Shown here piece by piece: positions 49,865-54,900 of a stretch of 57,762 nt of DNA. The position numbers were made by a program, and so were the translations under genes. Numbering within the stretch: position 1 is the first letter of the stretch; every line of letters begins with the position of its first letter. The notes under the pieces were generated by a model, which saw only the letters and a list, made by a program, of their open reading frames with translations, made no database searches and was not told where the DNA came from. Source of the DNA: an uncultured Christensenella sp. (lineage in GTDB: Bacteria > Bacillota > Clostridia > Christensenellales > UBA1242); assembly GCA_910584815.1 (NCBI GenBank), contig CAJUBT010000008.1, forward strand, positions 1 through 57,762. The letters run 5' to 3'.

Positions 49865-50283
49865 AAGAAAGAGAAAAAAGACTCCAGCCCAAAATACAGA
49901 TTTCTGCCCCTTATTAAAACTTTATCACAAAACTTTAACCTTTAGCAAATGTTAAACCTTAAGTTTTAACTGTTTAATAAAAGCTTTTAAAAATAATCTT
50001 CGTTTAAATTTGCAAAAGTTTGGTTTTTTATACCTTAGCTTTTAAATTAAAAAACTGTGTTCAAAAAATGTAATTTAAAAAAGGGTTTAAGGTTTTAAAA
50101 AAACAAACCCCAACTTAAAACAAATAAAAACTATTTTTTTAAAACAACAACATAAGTTTGTAATTTTTTTAAAAACAACTTTTAAATTGTAAATTTTGGT
50201 TAAAACATTTTTTAAAAAATATAATAAAAAGTGTTTTTTATAACTTAAAAATTTTTTGGCATTTTTTAAGCTTTAAATAAAAA

Positions 50284-50552
50284 AAAGCCCTACCACAAAA
50301 AAGGCTTTAAAAAAAAATTTTAAGATTTTTTTGTAAATAACTTAAAACAAAAAAATAATTTTGCGTTAAGTTAAGGTAGGGCAACCTTCACCCTTCTTTT
50401 AATTTAAAAATTGTTTTTTAAAAAACCTTTTTTTTAAATTTTGCTTTTTATTAAAACAAACCAAATTAAAAGTGGCGGGTAGGATAAAAACCCCTTCACC
50501 ACAAAATCTAATCGGCTTAACAAACATTTTTTATGTTTTGTTAAGAGCAGGA
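50284..50552 (-). ncRNA. Structured RNA island 3 (divergent, with ~90-nt AT-rich insertion)
   Basis: Perfect helix GCCCTACC(50287)/GGTAGGGC(50375), extended 12-bp CTTAAC.../...GTTAAG hairpin (50516-50545), and conserved GGTAGGATAAAAACCCCTTCACCAC. Confidence 0.45.
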
Positions 50553-50831
50553 AAATAACTGCCTTTTAAAATTTTACTAAATTGTGGCTTGCGGCAAATT
50601 TTTTAAACTTGCTTTGTTTTTTAATTAATAAAATTAAAAATTAATTGTTTTAAATTCCATTTTAAAACTGGAGTTTTGTGGCAACTAACTTTTTTTGTTA
50701 AGCCCTTTTAATTGCTTTAAAATGCAAATTTGTTAAGGCTAAAACCTTAGTTAAAACAACACAACTTGTCAACTAAATTTTTTTTAAAAAAAACAAGCCT
50801 GTAAAAAAAGCAAACCTAAACTTTAAAAGGT

Positions 50832-50950
50832 GGTGAAGCGCGGGACGAACGGCGCTAAACGCACTGCAGCAAAACACCCTAAGAAAGTGCGCCAGAAGAA
50901 AAACAAAAAGCGTGGCGGGAAGCCTACTAGCAGCCAGACCGCAACCACGA
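50832..50950 (-). repeat. Degenerate TR/VR-like copy 3 (adenine-poor, indels, in-frame stops)
   Basis: 119 nt. Both end blocks are identical to TR-1, TR-2 and the VR. The central 79 nt have only 7 sense-strand adenines, several TAG codons and a length difference of -2. Confidence 0.7.
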
Positions 50951-51938
50951 AAGAGAAAAGGAGAGAAAAAAGCCCGAAACTTAATTTATGATTTTTACCC
51001 TTAACTTTAACTTACCACACCTTAAAAACCTTAAACAATTTAAAGGCAATAAAATGTTTAAGATATTTACAACTTAAATAAATTTAAACTTTTTTATTAA
51101 AAACTCAACTGTTTTAATTTTTTTAAAAAACAAATTTAAATGCTATTTTTAAAAAATAATTTTAAACCAAATTTTAAAAACAAAAAATTTTAACTTTAAT
51201 TTGCTTTAAAAACAAAAATTAAATTTTAATGCTAAAAAATAAAAGTTAAACTTAAACAAAGTTCCTTTAAGCAATTCTAGATATTTTTTAATTAAATGCT
51301 AAAAATTAAAATCTCCTATTTTTTGCTTTTTAATTTAATAAGTTATAAAGTTTATAAACCTATTTTTAATGCTTTTATAACAATTTAAAAATTTGCCTTT
51401 GTTTTGTTTAAAAACTAAATTTTGTTAAAGGTGCAAAAAACTTTTTTTGCAAACTTAGGCTATAATTTATTATTTTAAAATATTTATAAAATAAATAAAA
51501 TAAGCCCAAAAAGGCAAAAAATGTTGGTAAATATTAAAAAAACTATCTATTTTTGTTGTAATTTTGCTTTAATTTATTTATAATTAACAATGTAAAATAT
51601 CCAAAATTTGCCAATTTTAAACTTTGTTGCTTATAAAGGGTTTTTTTAAATTTTAAAACAATTAAAATTAAAACTTTTAATTTAAAAATTTAATTTTATT
51701 TTAAAAAGCAATTTAAAAGTTTTTAAACTTAGTTCTTTTTAAATTAATTTTAAAATTTTTTGTTAAAGTTTAATTCCTTACTTTTAGTTTAGTTTTAATT
51801 GCTTGTTTAAGAAAGTTGCTTTTGCTGCAACAAGTTTAACAGTTTTTAGTTTAGTGCTAACTAACTAAACCCATAAATTTTACAAATTTAATAAATGATA
51901 GGATAAATTTTTTATAAAAAACTAAGGAAGGATTTAAT

Positions 51939-54900
51939 ATGAAAAAGTTATTTTTGAGTATAAGCACTTTTTTTGTTTTTACGCTTTTAACATTAAGCGT
52001 TTTTTTTGTTGACTTTAAACCAGATATGGCTAAAGCCTTTAATTCCGAAAACACTACCACCGCAGTTAAGGTAGATGAAATTTGGAACGACACCGCAAAA
52101 AAATTTGATGATGATAACCTAACAAAACTTTTGCAGTTTGTTACAGGCAGCAACACTGTTAGAACAAACAACCTAAGCACCGTTAAAACACAGGCAACCA
52201 ACAAAAAAACAGCCAGTGCAATTAGGGGCACAGCAGTAACTGCCAGCACCGATGGTGCAGTTAAAACTGCAAGTAAAGATATTATTGTAACATTAGGCGG
52301 GTTAGACTGGACCCCTGTATATTTAAGTAACGATACCTCCTCAAACCCAATTTTAACCTTATGGCTAGCAAACTCTAGCCAACTTAATGGCAAAAAATAC
52401 TACACAAGTAACACAGCATCTTCTTCCTTTGGTTCAAGTGGCTCAGCAATGTGGAATAGTGGTTTTACCCCTTGGACAACAAGTGCAGATGGGAATACTT
52501 ACTATTATAACGATTCTGCAACTCCTGCTTCATCCTATCCAGACAATATGTATGGTATGAGTGCAATAAGAAGCACCGTTTTAAACAATGGAGGTTCTTA
52601 TTCAACTGCACATATGGGTAAAAGCACCGCTACTATGAGTAAAAAGAGCGATAGTGTTTTTAGCAAATTCACAGTAACCACTTCAAATTCCACTGCCATT
52701 GCAGACTATTTAACTGTGCCAACAAATGTTTCTTGGCAAAAAAGTGGGCAAAATTTATCAAAAACTTGGTTTAGTTACCAAGCACCAAGTGAAGATTTGC
52801 AAACTGGCGTAAACACCTCTACTGCAGGTTATTATACAACAACATCTTATGTTTCTAATGGGCAAACTGCAAGTATGAATTATACAAGTAGAAGCAATTA
52901 CACTCAATGGAGTAACGATCGTTTATGGCTTCCTTCAGTTACAGAGACGGGCTACGATGACACACATATAGGCATTTGGAGCACTACAACTGAACAAAGG
53001 TCGAACACGCAGTGGTCGTGGTTGCGGTCTGGCTACTACTATCCTGCTAGCAGTGCTTACCATCTCCTTTCTTCTGGCGCTAGGTACGGTTTTAATATTG
53101 TCAGCAGTACTTACGCCGTTCGTCCCGCGCTTCACCTTAATCTAAACTCGGCTGCGGCGAACACAATTAGTGCTATAGACATTAACACTTGCGTGGTTTC
53201 AAACTTAAGCAATAGTCAATGGAACCCAGTAAGCAACCCAATTCCAACCTTCACACTTAAAACCCCAGATGGTAAAACAACATTAACTAAAGATACCGAC
53301 TATACTGTAACTTCTTCTTCAACCAGTGCACCTGGCACTATAACTTTAACAATCAAGGGGAAGAGCAGTAAATATGAAGGCACAAAAACTGTAACCTATC
53401 AACTTGAAAAAAGAAGCATAACCCGTGCGTTGAGAGACAACACCTTGAGTGTTGCCAACCAAACTTGGACGGGTGAAAACCTCACGCCCGCGTTAAGCGG
53501 GCTGAAAGACTACGCCTATAATGCCGACACTGGTGGCAGCAAACTTAGCACAACAGGCGTAGCCTTAACCCAAAACACACACTACACCCTTAGTTACACA
53601 AACAACAAAAACATAGGCACTGCAACCATAACAATAACTGGGGCAGGCAACTACACTGGTTCAACAAGTGTTAACTTTAACATTGTTGCTGTGGATATGA
53701 GTTTAATTACGGTAGATGCCGTTGAAGATAGAATTTGGAACCCAGTAAGTAACCCAATTCCAGAAATTGTGGCAAGATACACAGGTGCAAACAAAACCTT
53801 AACCACCGCCGACTATACTGTTACAAGCTCTGCAAAAACCGATGGCACTGCTGTGCCTGGCGAGGTTACTTTAACCATAACAGGTAAAGGCAACTACACT
53901 GGCACAAAAACTGTTAAATATATGTTAAACCGCCGAGACATTGGCTTGGCATTAATGGGTAACACCCTTACTGTTGCCAACCAAACTTGGACAGGAGAAC
54001 GAATTGAACCTGTTTTAACAGGCTTAAAAGACTATGGTTACCAAACCTTAACAAGCCAAACTCCGCTAAGCCCAACAGGCGTTCCTTTAACCTACAACAC
54101 TCATTATGTGTTAAACTATACTAATAACATAGACCTTGGCACTGCAACTGTAACAATAACAGGCAATGGGGTTTACTACACTGGCACAACCTCAACTGCC
54201 TTTACCATTGTTGCGCGCAGCATTGCCGATGGCACATTAAGTTTAAACCAAACTAATTTAGACTATAATTTTGGTGAAGATTTACTTCCAAGCCTTGTTG
54301 CAACCTTAGAGGTTAACAACAAAACTTTAACCACAAGAGATTACGACCTTTCTTACTATTCTCCAACAGGCAGTGCTGTTACAAAAATAACCGATGCAGG
54401 CACCTACAAAGTTAGGGCAACAGGCAAAGGCAATTATACAAGTGCAAAGGAAATTAATTTTGTTGTAAGCAAACTTGCATTGCGTGAAGAATTTTTTACA
54501 ATTAGCCCAAGCAGTTACGAATATAAAAATTCTCAAATAATTCCTACCTATACTGCAAGCTACACCTACACTGCTGGCAAAACCTATAATTTTAGACCTA
54601 CCGATTTTTCTGTAACCTATGGTGAAAATGTTAACGCTTCAACAGGCGGAACAGTAACTTTTACAGGTGCAGGCAGTAATTTTGAAGGCACTGTAATTAA
54701 AAAATTTACAATCACAGCAAAAAGCATTAGTGCAGGCGACATTACAAAACCAACAATTCCAAGCCAAACCTACACAGGCAGTGCAATAACTCCAAGTTTT
54801 ACATTAACCGATGCAACTCTTGGGCGTGCCTTAGTTAAGGATGCCGACTACACTGTAACCTTTACAAACAATGTTAATGTTGGCGAAAGCAGTGCTGTTG

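Larger units (their letters stand above)
48252..51030 (-). repeat. Three tandem ~1-kb DGR RNA modules (leader - TR - AT-rich linker - structured island)
   Basis: TR-to-TR spacing is 960 and 1088 nt. Shared blocks: TR ends, ~60-90 nt flanking the TR on the right in + coordinates (CGAAAGAAAGAGAAAAA...CCCCTTA...), and ~230-nt islands. Confidence 0.85.
46168..53136. mobile_element. Diversity-generating retroelement (RT, Avd, three TR modules, VR in target gene)
   Basis: Contains a DGR-type RT, an Avd-like protein and a TR/VR pair with adenine-specific mismatches. See the individual features. Confidence 0.88.

Noticed and set aside
48252-51030. Three regularly spaced repeats could be mistaken for a CRISPR-like array
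   Set aside because: The repeat units are 120-270 nt and about 1 kb apart. They are not short palindromic repeats with ~30-nt spacers, there are no cas genes, and one repeat family is homologous to a coding VR.
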